Positions 28,915 through 39,359 of a DNA stretch of 64,000 nt are shown here, one piece after another. The stretch is from Chloroflexota bacterium (GTDB lineage: Bacteria; Chloroflexota; UBA11872; VXOZ01). Below the pieces are notes generated by a model that saw only the letters and a program-made list of their open reading frames with translations, had not been told where the DNA came from and searched no databases. The position numbers and the translations under genes were made by a program. The stretch spans positions 3,360,001-3,424,000 of the forward strand of contig OZ244922.1 in NCBI GenBank assembly GCA_965221905.1, in the 5' to 3' direction. The stretch's first letter is position 1; the number at the start of each line of letters is the position of its first letter.

Positions 28915-29763
28915 CTATGGCGAGTATGGAACTAGCGTATCATTTATTCTGACGGTGAATTCTATTTCCCCATCTTCGGTCTCAACCGCCTCAAACAGCA
29001 CCGGGTCTTCGCTTTCTACCAATGGAGCAAGGTCCTGCTCGTTTACGGAGATTTCAACGCCGCCGGTGCGCCCAAAGAGTATGCCAATACCCTCCTCGGC
29101 GTTCCATGTCAGCGGATCCGTTCCCTGATCGGTTTCCGGCCCGATTATACCTACGAAGACGATAATGGCGTCGACGGTTACTTGGACCCAGACCTCCTGG
29201 TTTGTCGACCGCAGTGTTAAGTTAACTCCGGTGATGGGGCTGGGCGTTGGCAAAGGTGTCGGCGACGGGGTAGGAACCGGGGACGGGGTAACGAGCGGCG
29301 GTAGCTCGATCGACTGCTTCTCAGTGCTCGTTGGTGCCGCTTCGGTCTCATTCTCCGAGGCCACAGGCGCCGGCCCTGCCGACAAGAACTCCTGCCAGAC
29401 GAAATTAAGGATTATGCCAAGCGCAATTACGAGCACTATCGACCACAAGAGTTTGGAACTGAATATAGATGAATGTCGGCCCGGTTCATCCTGCGGGGCT
29501 GCAATTGAAAACTCGGTGCCTGCACGCTGTTGGTGGTCGAACTCTTCCAGAATCTCTTCTGGAATCAGTCCCAGGTACCGGGCGTAATTGAGCAGGAAGC
29601 CACGCGTGTAGACGGCTGCAGGAAGCGTATCGAAATCGTCATTTTCCAACGACTGCAAGGCAGAGCGGCGGATGCGCGTGGCCGCGGCAGCCTCTTCAAG
29701 CGAGACGCCTTTGGCTAAACGCGCCGCGCGCAGCCTATCGCCTAATCGCCGCGGCTCTTCCAT
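28915..29763 (-). CDS. rodZ: RodZ-like HTH-TM protein
   Basis: LGDRLRAARLAKG...YTRGFLLNYARYLGL HTH, single TM, Pro-rich linker, VWVQVTVD C-terminal domain; lies upstream of pgsA. Confidence 0.8.
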   Translation of the reverse strand: MEEPRRLGDRLRAARLAKGVSLEEAAAATRIRRSALQSLENDDFDTLPAAVYTRGFLLNYARYLGLIPEEILEEFDHQQRAGTEFSIAAPQDEPGRHSSIFSSKLLWSIVLVIALGIILNFVWQEFLSAGPAPVASENETEAAPTSTEKQSIELPPLVTPSPVPTPSPTPLPTPSPITGVNLTLRSTNQEVWVQVTVDAIIVFVGIIGPETDQGTDPLTWNAEEGIGILFGRTGGVEISVNEQDLAPLVESEDPVLFEAVETEDGEIEFTVRINDTLVPYSP

Positions 29764-30512
29764 GAACTTGCTCCACTATGGACCGGAAGCGCGCGCAACC
29801 GAGGTTCAGTTGCAGCGCTTTCGCTCCTATCGCCTAAGGATCATCAAGCCCTAGGACGATTCGTACCTTCCCCATCTTTATTGTACGAAATCTAGCCACT
29901 CTATGAACTTGCTCTCTGGCCTCAAAGTCGAAAAAACCGCAGGAACCACTACCCTTGCAACGCTGCACGGCGCCGGTTTTGAATCCCGGCCCAGCAACTC
30001 GTCCGCAATGGAAGGAGGCGTAACCGATGTGCCGAAAGCCTCCAAATTCTACATAAGGCACAAAACGGTATAATTTCAAAGGGTCCTGGAAAGTCCGAAC
30101 GCCTGGCATCTGCCTCACTCAACTGCGCCGCACGTGATACCTCTAACGGCAAGATATCCTTATGGAGTTTTGCAACGTGCTGCCTCACAAAAGGATAGCA
30201 GACTTTTACAACTGTTGCGTAGGAATCGCCCTGTAGCCTAGCGAGCATGTAACGGCCCTGCCGCAGGCCGGGAGGTAGTGTGGTTTGAAAGTATCCCACT
30301 TCTTCGATCCTAGCGGACTCACACAGCGCCACTTGTTAAATCATCAGGAACTAGCAGCGCGCCCATGAATAAACGTCGGCCCCATTGTTTCGACTTAGGT
30401 TCTTAATGGCATTCACACGTACAGGACACTTAACGAGCGCGCAGTTGATTTTTCTTTCTATTGCAATATTACCGTATATTACTTAGAGAAACGTGAAAAG
30501 GAGTGCGGCACT

Positions 30513-31361
30513 ATGGGCCCAATAGTTGACACCTGGATGCAACTTCCCACAGAGAAACTGCAGCGGGAAGCGAAGGTGCCCGTGCGCATCGTGCCTGACC
30601 GCCCGGCCCTCTACGCTGCCTTTGCCCGCGAAATTGCCGACGAGATAAAGGCCCATAACGCCGCCGGAAAGCCGACAGTCCTCATCTTGCCCGTGGGGCC
30701 GATCGGCCAGTTCTCGGTGCTTGCCGATATCTGCAACCGCGAGCGTATCTCATGGCACAATGTATGGACGTTCAACATGGACGAGTATTGTGATTGGGAA
30801 GGGCGCTCGATTCCGCTCGACCATCCGCTAAGCTTCGAGGGGTACATGCGCGGAAAATTCTTTGCACGGCTCGACCCCGACTTGCGCATACCGGACGACC
30901 ATGTTTTCTTTCCACGCATCGAGCGCATCGACGAGGTAAGTAATACCATCGCCGGGCTCGGCGGCGTGGACTCCTGCTACGGCGGGATCGGCATCCACGG
31001 CCACGTGGCCTTCAATGAGCCGCCCATCAGCCGCTTCTACCAGGTCACGCTGGAGGAATTTCGCCAATCGCGCACCCGCGTCCTGCCCCTGGCCCCGGAG
31101 ACGATGGTGATGAATTCCATCCGCCGCATGGGCGGCAACTTCTATACCTTCCCACCCATGGCAATTACTCTCGGCATGAAGGACATCCTGGAGTCGCGCC
31201 GCATCCGCCTCTACTGCGACGGCGGCGACTGGCAGAAAGCCATCCTGCGCATCTCCCTGCTCGGCGAGGTCTCCACCCACTACCCGGTCACGCTGCTCCA
31301 AGAACACCCGGACGCCCTAATCACCGCCGACGCCGAGACTGCTGCTCCGCTGGCAATCTAG
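30513..31361 (+). CDS. Glucosamine-6-phosphate isomerase/deaminase (NagB-like) family
   Basis: FNMDEY, GGIGIHGHVAFNEP, AITLGMKDIL, YPVTLLQEH. Confidence 0.85.
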   Translation: MGPIVDTWMQLPTEKLQREAKVPVRIVPDRPALYAAFAREIADEIKAHNAAGKPTVLILPVGPIGQFSVLADICNRERISWHNVWTFNMDEYCDWEGRSIPLDHPLSFEGYMRGKFFARLDPDLRIPDDHVFFPRIERIDEVSNTIAGLGGVDSCYGGIGIHGHVAFNEPPISRFYQVTLEEFRQSRTRVLPLAPETMVMNSIRRMGGNFYTFPPMAITLGMKDILESRRIRLYCDGGDWQKAILRISLLGEVSTHYPVTLLQEHPDALITADAETAAPLAI

Positions 31362-31400
31362 GGTGTGTCTGCGCCGCGTACTAAACTGGTCTGGTGGCAG

Positions 31401-32018
31401 CTATTGTCCGCTTATCCTTTCAAGCTCATTGAGAAAGCGGGCCGCGTAGGGAGACTTACAGCGCACCTTTACTGGATTTAGTTCTGCTAGTATTTCGAAA
31501 CTGTGTTTACCCTTGTTTTTGTAATACCCGCCTTTCTTAGTATCGCGAGTAGCCTGCTCTAATCTATTCTCGATGTCTCGTTTAGAAACTTGCTCAATTC
31601 TCTGATTCTTTGGAAGCACGTCTATGCGGAAGTCCTTGCCATAATACGACTTGAGCGCTTCCGGATCTGCCAGAAGCCAGGATTCCATCACTTGCACCAT
31701 CAAATGACATTGATGATCGGTTGCAACTCTAGGACGATTCCAGTTGTCAGGTGCTTCTTTCAGATGTTGCCATGGCTTGGCTCTTGTTGCCGGTGCCTTT
31801 ACTGGTCTCTCGGCATCAACTAGCAGAAATGCAACGCAGTCCCTATCAGCGAGACCAGCCTTGAAGTCTTCAAGAGCGTCCGTGCGTCTGCCACACGGAA
31901 CAATCTCAAACTTTCTTCCGTCTAATCCAGCTTCCTCAAGAAACTTCCGAAAACTTCTGCGACACGTCGGGTTCAGCGCCTTGCTACCGCCACCTTCTAC
32001 GAAAACTCGGACTTTCAC
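31401..32018 (-). CDS. DUF4276 family (TOPRIM-like) protein
   Basis: VFVEGGG, LLVDAE, HLMVQVMESWLLAD; GTGA overlap with the ATPase stop. Confidence 0.8.
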   Translation of the reverse strand: MKVRVFVEGGGSKALNPTCRRSFRKFLEEAGLDGRKFEIVPCGRRTDALEDFKAGLADRDCVAFLLVDAERPVKAPATRAKPWQHLKEAPDNWNRPRVATDHQCHLMVQVMESWLLADPEALKSYYGKDFRIDVLPKNQRIEQVSKRDIENRLEQATRDTKKGGYYKNKGKHSFEILAELNPVKVRCKSPYAARFLNELERISGQ

Positions 32019-33334
32019 CAAAGGTTCCCTCCGAGTTGTCCCCGCGTCCAAAGTTCGCCAAGACGGTATTTCTCCAGCCAGACTTGGAGGTCGTCTGCAT
32101 CAAGGCGCCGCAGTTGTGTCGCCCCATCGACCCTTTCACAAATCACCACTGCCTCAGGTGTTTCAGAAAGTGCATCCACGAGGACGTCGGAATGGGTCGT
32201 GACGACAATCTGACTGCGCTCAGATGCTTCGACTAGCAGTTTCGCCAAACCAGGTATTACATCAGGGTGTAGGCCCATTTCCGGTTCTTCGATACAGACA
32301 ATTGGCGGTGGCTCTGGGTGACACAGTACAGCAAGTAAGCAAAGATACCTAAGTGTACCATCGGACATTCGTGTTGCTGGCACTGTTTCGTGCAGGTCTC
32401 TCTCATGAAGGGACACTTGTACTAACCCGCCTCGCACGACAGAGACAATGTCTCTTACCGTAGGACAGAAATCCTGCAAGTGCATCAGGATTGTCTCTTT
32501 TGTGCGCGGACGGTCCAGTAGATCGCTCAAGACCACTGCAAGATTGGAAGCATCCTCAGCCAGGAAGTCCTGAGGTAGGTCGGCGGGCTGCGGCTGCCGT
32601 GGCCGCGCATTGTGACCGAGCTGAAACTCTCGATACAAGCGTATACGCTCAAATTGCTTAGCTAAGTGCGTCAACTCGGGGTATGACCTTGGATCCCTTC
32701 TCTGGGACAAGATGGACTGGTCGTGCCTTACATCTTCCACCCGCACCAGGCCTTGTTCAGCTAGGTCCTCATACCTTCCGTCTATCGTCCTTGGAAGAGA
32801 TTGTCGTTCTTCCTTGGGCCGTTGTTCATTGTCGTCATTCTCGGAATCGTTATCTTCGGTATCGACGTGGACTTTTATGGCTGGATAGCCGCCCCGATAG
32901 CTGTAATGGCAAGGGGTGACTTGACTCTCTGGCCACCACACCGGTGTGTGGGCCTCTTCGTCTCTTAAGTCAAACCGTGCTCTGACCTCGGAAAAGGACA
33001 GCCAGTACTTTAGTGGACTAGGCCTTGCAGGCATGACTACTGGGCCGCCGAAGGCTACTTCCGGGTATTCGACCAGAACTTCGATGGTTGCAGTTGGTGG
33101 GTATTGGGTACCCTTCCAAAGCCACTCATGGACACCTCCTGTCTCATGGAATGGAGACTGAAGATCCCGGGGTGCTGCGTGAAGTAAAGACAACGCCTCA
33201 ATGAGGTTCGACTTTCCAGAAGCGTTCGGTCCTACCAACACATTCAGTGGTTCTAGTTTGAACGAGGAGGAGTCCGGGCCGTAGGAGAGGATATTCTCCA
33301 GACGAATTGAATACAAGAACCTTCTGCCGTTCAT
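32015..33334 (-). CDS. AAA_21-type ABC-family ATPase
   Basis: Walker A GPNASGKSN, signature MSDGTLR, Walker B IEEPEMGLHP, VTTHS, C-terminal LGELW...GG. Confidence 0.88.
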   Translation of the reverse strand: MNGRRFLYSIRLENILSYGPDSSSFKLEPLNVLVGPNASGKSNLIEALSLLHAAPRDLQSPFHETGGVHEWLWKGTQYPPTATIEVLVEYPEVAFGGPVVMPARPSPLKYWLSFSEVRARFDLRDEEAHTPVWWPESQVTPCHYSYRGGYPAIKVHVDTEDNDSENDDNEQRPKEERQSLPRTIDGRYEDLAEQGLVRVEDVRHDQSILSQRRDPRSYPELTHLAKQFERIRLYREFQLGHNARPRQPQPADLPQDFLAEDASNLAVVLSDLLDRPRTKETILMHLQDFCPTVRDIVSVVRGGLVQVSLHERDLHETVPATRMSDGTLRYLCLLAVLCHPEPPPIVCIEEPEMGLHPDVIPGLAKLLVEASERSQIVVTTHSDVLVDALSETPEAVVICERVDGATQLRRLDADDLQVWLEKYRLGELWTRGQLGGNLW

Positions 33335-33727
33335 GTGGTTAGCCTTTGCTTATTCATCGATATGAACGACCCCAAATGGAGTACTGAATTCTGGCAATAG
33401 AATTGCTATCCTATTCGCTCATCTAATGGAACAGTGCCATGTGCCCTATGTCAAGAGGAGGCGATTCACTTCAGGATGTGAATTGCAGTGAAAGTGCAAT
33501 TGAACAGCTCTTGCCGGGTAGGTAGATAGACTCGAAGCTGCATTTCCTTTGTTTTGCCATCTTTTGACTACGGGATTTCAACCTACGGACGCAAATCGAC
33601 TAAAGCGGTTCAAGCCGTTTGGTAGAATTGTACTTGTGAATACGAGATCGTGCCTCTAACTGCAATTTGGCAGTTAGTCTCAAAAAAACAAGCGTATCAA
33701 ACGAATATTTGAGGAGGATATAATCCC

Positions 33728-34735
33728 ATGGCAGTGCAACAGGATCCGATTAGGTTTGGCATTATCGGTTTAGGAGTGGGCAAGTCGCGGGTTAAGCAGG
33801 CGGCGAACACGGCAGGGGCGCAGTTGGTGGCAGTTTGCGATTTGCAGGAATCGCTCGCCACGGCGCAGGCGGCGGAATACGGCTGCGACTGGCACACCGA
33901 CCACCGCGCGTTGCTGGAGCGGCAGGACATCGACGCGGTAGGCATCTTCACGCCCAGCGGCACCCATGGCGACCTCGCTATCGAAAGCCTCCAGGCGGGC
34001 AAGCACACCTTTACGACCAAGCCCATGGACGTCACCACAGCGAAGATAGACCAAGTGCTTGCCGCCGCGGAGGAGAGCGGCCGCTTGCTGGCCGTGGACT
34101 TCCAACGCCGTTATGAGCTGACCACGCGCCTGATTAAGCAGGCAATAGACGCGGGCAGGATCGGCCGCCCGATATTTGGCGACTTCCGGCTGAAGTGGTA
34201 CCGCGCCGACAGTTACTTTGCCGGAGGGAATCCGCCCGGGTGGCGCGGCACCTGGAAATACGACGGCGGCGGCTCGGCGGCAAACCAGGGCATTCACGGC
34301 ATCGACCAGACTCTTTGGTTCATGGGGCCGGTGCAGAGCGTGCGTGCGCGCATCAATATCTTTAACCATGACATTGAGACCGAAGACGCCTTGGAGGCAC
34401 TGGTTACCTATGCGTCCGGCGCGTGGGGCATCATTCAGACAACGACAACCGTCTACGGTGGCCTAGGGCACGAGCATGAGATTCACGGCACCGACGGCAC
34501 CATCCAGATGCGGCAAGAGGGTATCACAACGTGGGAATTTCTCGACAGCCCTGACGGCGGCATGCCCGACCCCGCAGAGCTTCCGCCCGGCCCCAAGAAC
34601 ATCATCGAAGATATGATCCAAGCGTTAGTAGACGGCAAGCCGACGGCGTGCACCGGCCCGGAAGGCCGCAGATCCGTTGAGTTGCTGGAAGCCATGTACA
34701 CCTCGGCGCGCGAGGACCGCGAAGTTACGCTCTAG
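33728..34735 (+). CDS. Gfo/Idh/MocA family oxidoreductase
   Basis: FGIIGLG, TPSGTH, WRGTWKYDGGG..NQGIH. Confidence 0.9.
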   Translation: MAVQQDPIRFGIIGLGVGKSRVKQAANTAGAQLVAVCDLQESLATAQAAEYGCDWHTDHRALLERQDIDAVGIFTPSGTHGDLAIESLQAGKHTFTTKPMDVTTAKIDQVLAAAEESGRLLAVDFQRRYELTTRLIKQAIDAGRIGRPIFGDFRLKWYRADSYFAGGNPPGWRGTWKYDGGGSAANQGIHGIDQTLWFMGPVQSVRARINIFNHDIETEDALEALVTYASGAWGIIQTTTTVYGGLGHEHEIHGTDGTIQMRQEGITTWEFLDSPDGGMPDPAELPPGPKNIIEDMIQALVDGKPTACTGPEGRRSVELLEAMYTSAREDREVTL

Positions 34736-34891
34736 AGTGGCCTCGGGATTTTTCGTGGTCTGCTCGGATTCCAAGGCGCGCAATATGCGGGCGCGCCTTG
34801 CGCACCATTAGCCATAGATCTGCCGTATGGCAGGCAACGTGGTACCATTGCCGCTAAGAAATAGACTTCGGCAGTCAAGGATTTGTGATCT

Positions 34892-35728
34892 ATGGCATTC
34901 CGTTATGCGTTCTGCAATGAAGCCTTCACGGACTGGGATTTTGCGCGCATCTGCGATTACTTGGCGGAGCACGGGTATCAGGGCGTCGAGGCGGCGCCGT
35001 TTACGTTTGAACAGTCGGTCTTCGACATTTCCGCAGAGCAGCGGGCGTCTGCACGTCAGGCGGCAGCGAACGCCGGACTGGAAATCGTGGGGCTGCACTG
35101 GCTTCTCGTCGGGCCCGATGGTCTGCATCTCACGCACCCCGATTCGGCCGTGAGGCAAAGGACTGCTGACTACCTGCGGGGGCTCATTGCTTTCGGCCAC
35201 GACCTAAATTCTCCCTACCTCGTCTTCGGCTCACCCAACCAGCGCAACTTGCCGGAGGGCGTGAGCTTCGAGCAGGGCATGGGGTATGCCACGGAAGTAT
35301 TCCAGAGCGTCTGCGACGAAGCGCAACAGGCCGGTACCATCATTGCCATCGAACCGTTGGCGCCGCCGCTGTGCCAGTTCATCACCACCGCGGCGGAAGG
35401 CGCGGACCTCGTGCGCCGGGTCAACCACCCGAACTTCAAGCTGCACCTCGACGTGAAGGCGATGGAGACAGCGGAAGCTGAGCCATCTGCCGACATCATC
35501 CGGGCCCACGTGGACGAGTTCCCCCACTTTCACGCCAACGACTTCAATCTAAAAGCGCCCGGCTTCGGCGATACCGACTTTGTTCCCATCATGCGCGCCT
35601 TGCACGAAACCGGCTACGACGGCTACGTCTCTATCGAGATTTTCGAGTTCGAGCCGCACGCGGAAGTACAAGCACGCGACGGCATTCGCCATCTTCGTGA
35701 GTGCGCGGCGCAGATCGGGGGCGACTAA
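34892..35728 (+). CDS. Sugar phosphate isomerase/epimerase (D-tagatose 3-epimerase-like)
   Basis: GVEAAP, GLHWLL, VFGSP, AIEPL, HLD, HFHAND, YVSIE. Confidence 0.88.
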   Translation: MAFRYAFCNEAFTDWDFARICDYLAEHGYQGVEAAPFTFEQSVFDISAEQRASARQAAANAGLEIVGLHWLLVGPDGLHLTHPDSAVRQRTADYLRGLIAFGHDLNSPYLVFGSPNQRNLPEGVSFEQGMGYATEVFQSVCDEAQQAGTIIAIEPLAPPLCQFITTAAEGADLVRRVNHPNFKLHLDVKAMETAEAEPSADIIRAHVDEFPHFHANDFNLKAPGFGDTDFVPIMRALHETGYDGYVSIEIFEFEPHAEVQARDGIRHLRECAAQIGGD

Positions 35729-35792
35729 CCTGCCACGCCGCTGCCTCTGGATTGCGCTGTGCTTTTCAAAGCGTTGGCTCGCTGGATCTAGA

Positions 35793-35816
35793 CGCAGGTT
35801 ACAAACCTGCGCTACC
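35793..35816. repeat. Solo GTAG-type REP identical to the core of the 129-bp array
   Basis: cgcaggttacaaacctgcgctacc. Confidence 0.75.
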
Positions 35817-35896
35817 GGATGCCAAAGTACACTTTCTAATGGGCAAGTCAACCGCCATCCATGGTTGCTCGCCAGCGCTTGGCTTATGTCCCAAAC

Positions 35897-36709
35897 CTAC
35901 GCTTCGAGAGCCCCTTCCAGATAGCAGCGAAAGGCCTCCGGCGTGAAGACCAGCGCATTGATCTCCATTGAAGGCAGGCGGTAGGGGTCGGAATCGCGTG
36001 TGATGTAGCGCGCGGCGTGAGGCGGGCCGCCGTCCGCTTCGTCCGTTCCAGGCACACCAACGAGGTCCGCGTAGCGGGTTTTCTTGCCGTCAACCTGGTA
36101 CTCCGCACCGACGATCCATAAGCGCCCAAAGCGGTAACGCGCCTTTACTTCGCGCTCGGCGCTGCTGCTCCAGCTCGTGCCGGTGAAGGCAAAGTCCTGC
36201 GGCGTGATGCCGAGATGCTCCTTGATCGTAGCGTCGCACTGCTCGAGTTCGGCACGCAGCTTCTCGCCGGTGGGGTCTTCCTGGCTGAGCTGCGAGAGGT
36301 TGGGGTGCGTGACCGTGTGCGCGCCTATCTGCCAACCGGCCGCGGCCAGTTCGCCGGCCTCTTCCCAGAGCAAGAACTGCCGCTCGGCAAAGTCCGGCAC
36401 GCCCGTACGGTACATGTCATCCATCAAGCCGGTGTTGATGAAGAGGTTCGCCGTGTACCCGTAGCGCTGGAGCACCGGCAAGACCTCGTGGCGCATGGAC
36501 TTCATGGGATGGTCGAAGTCGAACATGATCGGCCGCTCCGGCAGACTGCCGTCCTGCCACATCCATGCTGCTAAGTCGTCGTAGCTGATGGACTGGAAAC
36601 CCAGTTCGCGGGCTATCGCAACGAGTCGGGCGAAGTGTTCCTGCGTCAGCGGGTTGCGCTTACCCGGTATCTGGTCGGTGCCGTGCGACATCGTAATCGG
36701 TATCTTCAC
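35897..36709 (-). CDS. Polysaccharide deacetylase family protein
   Basis: IMFDFD, NLFINTG, WQIGAHTVTHPNL. Confidence 0.8.
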   Translation of the reverse strand: MKIPITMSHGTDQIPGKRNPLTQEHFARLVAIARELGFQSISYDDLAAWMWQDGSLPERPIMFDFDHPMKSMRHEVLPVLQRYGYTANLFINTGLMDDMYRTGVPDFAERQFLLWEEAGELAAAGWQIGAHTVTHPNLSQLSQEDPTGEKLRAELEQCDATIKEHLGITPQDFAFTGTSWSSSAEREVKARYRFGRLWIVGAEYQVDGKKTRYADLVGVPGTDEADGGPPHAARYITRDSDPYRLPSMEINALVFTPEAFRCYLEGALEA

Positions 36710-36774
36710 GGGTCCGATCTCCTCGGCTCCTAAAGTTTACGTCTCCGTTCAGTGTACCGGAGAAGTCGGAGACA

Positions 36775-37745
36775 CCGTTCGTGCTGAGCCCGTCGAAGTA
36801 CGAGTGAAGGGGTGAGAATTGCGGAGTTCCCGTTCACCTTTCGACAAGCTCAAGGCGAACGGTGTGGTTGGCGTTTTGTGAGGCTCCAGGCGAACGGTGA
36901 GGATGGCTTTTTGTGATGCTCCGGTCGAACGGTTGAGTGAGGGGGCATTGCGACGCTGAATGCAAACTTTCGTGTGGTGAAGTGGCCGCGGCTCCGTTCG
37001 TGCTGAGCCTGTCGAAGCACGGGCGAATGGGTGCGAGTTGTGGAGTTCCCGTTCACCTTTCGACAGGCTCAAGGCGAACGGGAAGGTTGGTGTATCGTGA
37101 GGCTCAAGGCGAACGGTGAGGATGGCGCTTTTTGATGCTCCGGTCGAACGGTTGAGTGGGGGCATTGCGACGCTGAATGCGAACTTTCGTGTGGTGAAGA
37201 GGCCGTCGCTCCGTTCGTGCTGAGCCTGTCGAAGTACGAGCGAAAGGGTGCGAATTGCGGAGTTTCCGTCCACCTTTCGACAAGCTCAAGGCGAACGGAA
37301 AGGTTGGTGTATCGTGAGGCTCCAGGCGAACGGTAAGTATGGGACTTTGTGAGGCTCAAGGCGAACGGTGAGGATGGCGCTTTTTGATGCTCTGGTCGAA
37401 CGGTTGAGTGGGGGCATTGCGACGCTGAATGCTAACTTTCGTGTGGTGAAGAGGCCGCGGCTCCGTTCGTGCTGAGCCTGTCGAAGCACGGGCGAATGGG
37501 TGCGAGTTGTGGAGTTCCCGTTCACCTTTCGACAAGCTCAAGGCGAACGGTAAGGTTGGCGTTTTGTGAGGCCCCAGCGAACGGTAAGTATGGGACTTTG
37601 TGAGGCTCAAGGCGAACGGTGAGGATGCGCTTTGTGATGCTCCGGTCGAACGGTTTAGCGGGGGGCATTGCGAGGCTGAATGCGAAATTTCGTGTGGTGA
37701 AGAGGCCGTGGCTCCGTTCGTGCTGAGCCTGTCGAAGTATGAACG
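36775..37745. repeat. Tandem array of four REP-doublet units (219, 217, 252, 251 bp) plus a partial fifth
   Basis: ccgttcgtgctgagcc at 36775, 36994, 37211, 37463 and 37714; the four full units each also carry ctttcgaca(a/g)gctcaaggcgaacgg. Confidence 0.93.
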
Positions 37746-37961
37746 TGATTAGTACCCGTCAGGAGTGGGACCGGCCCCTTTTCGCGGGCGGATGCCATCG
37801 TGCGCAAGGCCTCCTCGCCGATGAACCCCAGGGGTTGTGCGGCATCATGATTTCTCAGTAGCGTGCCTTCCCCTTTCCTTGCCAATGGGTCGCAGCGCCG
37901 CACAGTGTATAATCACTTCTAATTGAGCAGAAGCAGCGTTCATGAAGAGAAGGACCACGTT

Positions 37962-39122
37962 ATGCCAATAAAGAAACTCATAGTTCATGCAGGGAATCAC
38001 GACCGCAATGAGTGCCCGGTTTGGGCAGCAGCCGACGGGCTGGACGCCGGGGCAAGCTACGTTGTGCGCGACGACACCGGCGCTGAATTGCCCGCGCAGG
38101 TTGTGCCGTCCGCCTCCGGCGCGCATCTGGTGTGGGTAGTGCCTGCCCTGGCGGCGGGTGCTTCGCGCATCTACTCCGTGCAGGAAGGATCGGCGGCAGG
38201 CGGTGTGTCGGTTACCGACGGCGAGCACGGTATCGATGTCAGTTTCGGCGGCGCACTCTTCACCACCTATCGGTATGCGTCGCCGGTGGTGAAGCCGTAT
38301 CTTTACCCCGTGATCGGGCCTACCGGCGAGGGCATGACACGCAATTATCCTATGATCCCGGATGTGCCGGGCGAGAAACACGATCACCCGCACCATAAGT
38401 CCATCTACGTCTCGCACGGTGAAGTGAGCGGCGCCGACGTGTGGAGCGAAACTCCCGGCCACGGCTTCCAGCGGCACCTGGAGTTCTTGCCGGCCTACGG
38501 CAATTGCGGTGGGCACGTCAGCGGTCCGGTGCTGGGCGCCATTCGCTCAACCAACGATTGGGTCGGGTCCGATGAGCAGAAAGTGGTGGAAGACGAGCGG
38601 CGGTTCACTTTCTATCCCTTGGCTTCCGGCGCGCGGTTGATTGACGTGGAAATCACGTTCCGCGCCACGGCGGGTCCGGTGCACTTCGCCGACACGAAAG
38701 AAGGCGGCATCCTCTCGCTGCGCGTGGCAACCAGCATGGACGCCTCCGGTGACGGTCGCATGGAGAACGCTGTTGGCGGCATAGGCGAAGCGGAGTGTTG
38801 GGGCAAGCGGGCCCAGTGGCTTGACTATACCGGCCCGGTGGAGGGACAGACAGTGGGTTTCGCCGTCTACGACCACCCAACCAGCTTTCGCCACCCCACC
38901 TACTGGCACGCGCGAAACTACGGCCTCTTTACCGCCAACCCGTTCGGACTGCACGACTACTACGCCAATCCTGGTGTGGACGGCAGCCATGTGCTACCCG
39001 AGGGCGGCCTGCTGCGTTTCAAGTACCGCATCTACGTCCACGCCGGGGATACGGCCTCCGCCCAGGTCGCGCAGCGATATCATGACTACATCACCCCGCC
39101 GGAGGTTACTGAGGCGGAGTAG
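37962..39122 (+). CDS. 'PmoA family' (DUF6807-like) protein, not a methane monooxygenase
   Basis: KPYLYPV, DHPHH, DTKEG, WLDY, WHARNYGLFTANPFG. Confidence 0.8.
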   Translation: MPIKKLIVHAGNHDRNECPVWAAADGLDAGASYVVRDDTGAELPAQVVPSASGAHLVWVVPALAAGASRIYSVQEGSAAGGVSVTDGEHGIDVSFGGALFTTYRYASPVVKPYLYPVIGPTGEGMTRNYPMIPDVPGEKHDHPHHKSIYVSHGEVSGADVWSETPGHGFQRHLEFLPAYGNCGGHVSGPVLGAIRSTNDWVGSDEQKVVEDERRFTFYPLASGARLIDVEITFRATAGPVHFADTKEGGILSLRVATSMDASGDGRMENAVGGIGEAECWGKRAQWLDYTGPVEGQTVGFAVYDHPTSFRHPTYWHARNYGLFTANPFGLHDYYANPGVDGSHVLPEGGLLRFKYRIYVHAGDTASAQVAQRYHDYITPPEVTEAE

Positions 39123-39359
39123 GTCGGAAGTCGTATGGGTCTCATGCGAAAACTCTGCAGGCTTCTCACAAGTGTGGGCGCTGCCGCAACTGTCAGCCGC
39201 TTGCGCTGATAGTTGCCGCGTTGTGGTTCTTAGGTGGGTTGATTAAGAGCGAGTGGTAGGGGAGCTTCCAGGAGACTGTCCGCCGTACACGCCCTGCTAA
39301 TTGGCGCTCAATTTTCGTGGTTGGCAACCAATTGGACCGTGTGGGTCTGAAGTGGGTAG

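Noticed and set aside
29834-30332. Two overlapping minus-strand ORFs as a gene or frameshifted pseudogene
   Set aside because: No recognisable motif or RBS; cannot be supported without a homology search.
36749-37745. CRISPR array or repeat-protein ORFs
   Set aside because: Units are 217-252 bp of REP doublets; translations such as FALSLSKGER and VLRQAQHER are typical REP-derived spurious ORFs.
37962-39122. Particulate methane monooxygenase subunit
   Set aside because: Soluble protein of the misleadingly named PmoA/DUF6807 family, with no TM helices and no pmoB/pmoC neighbours.
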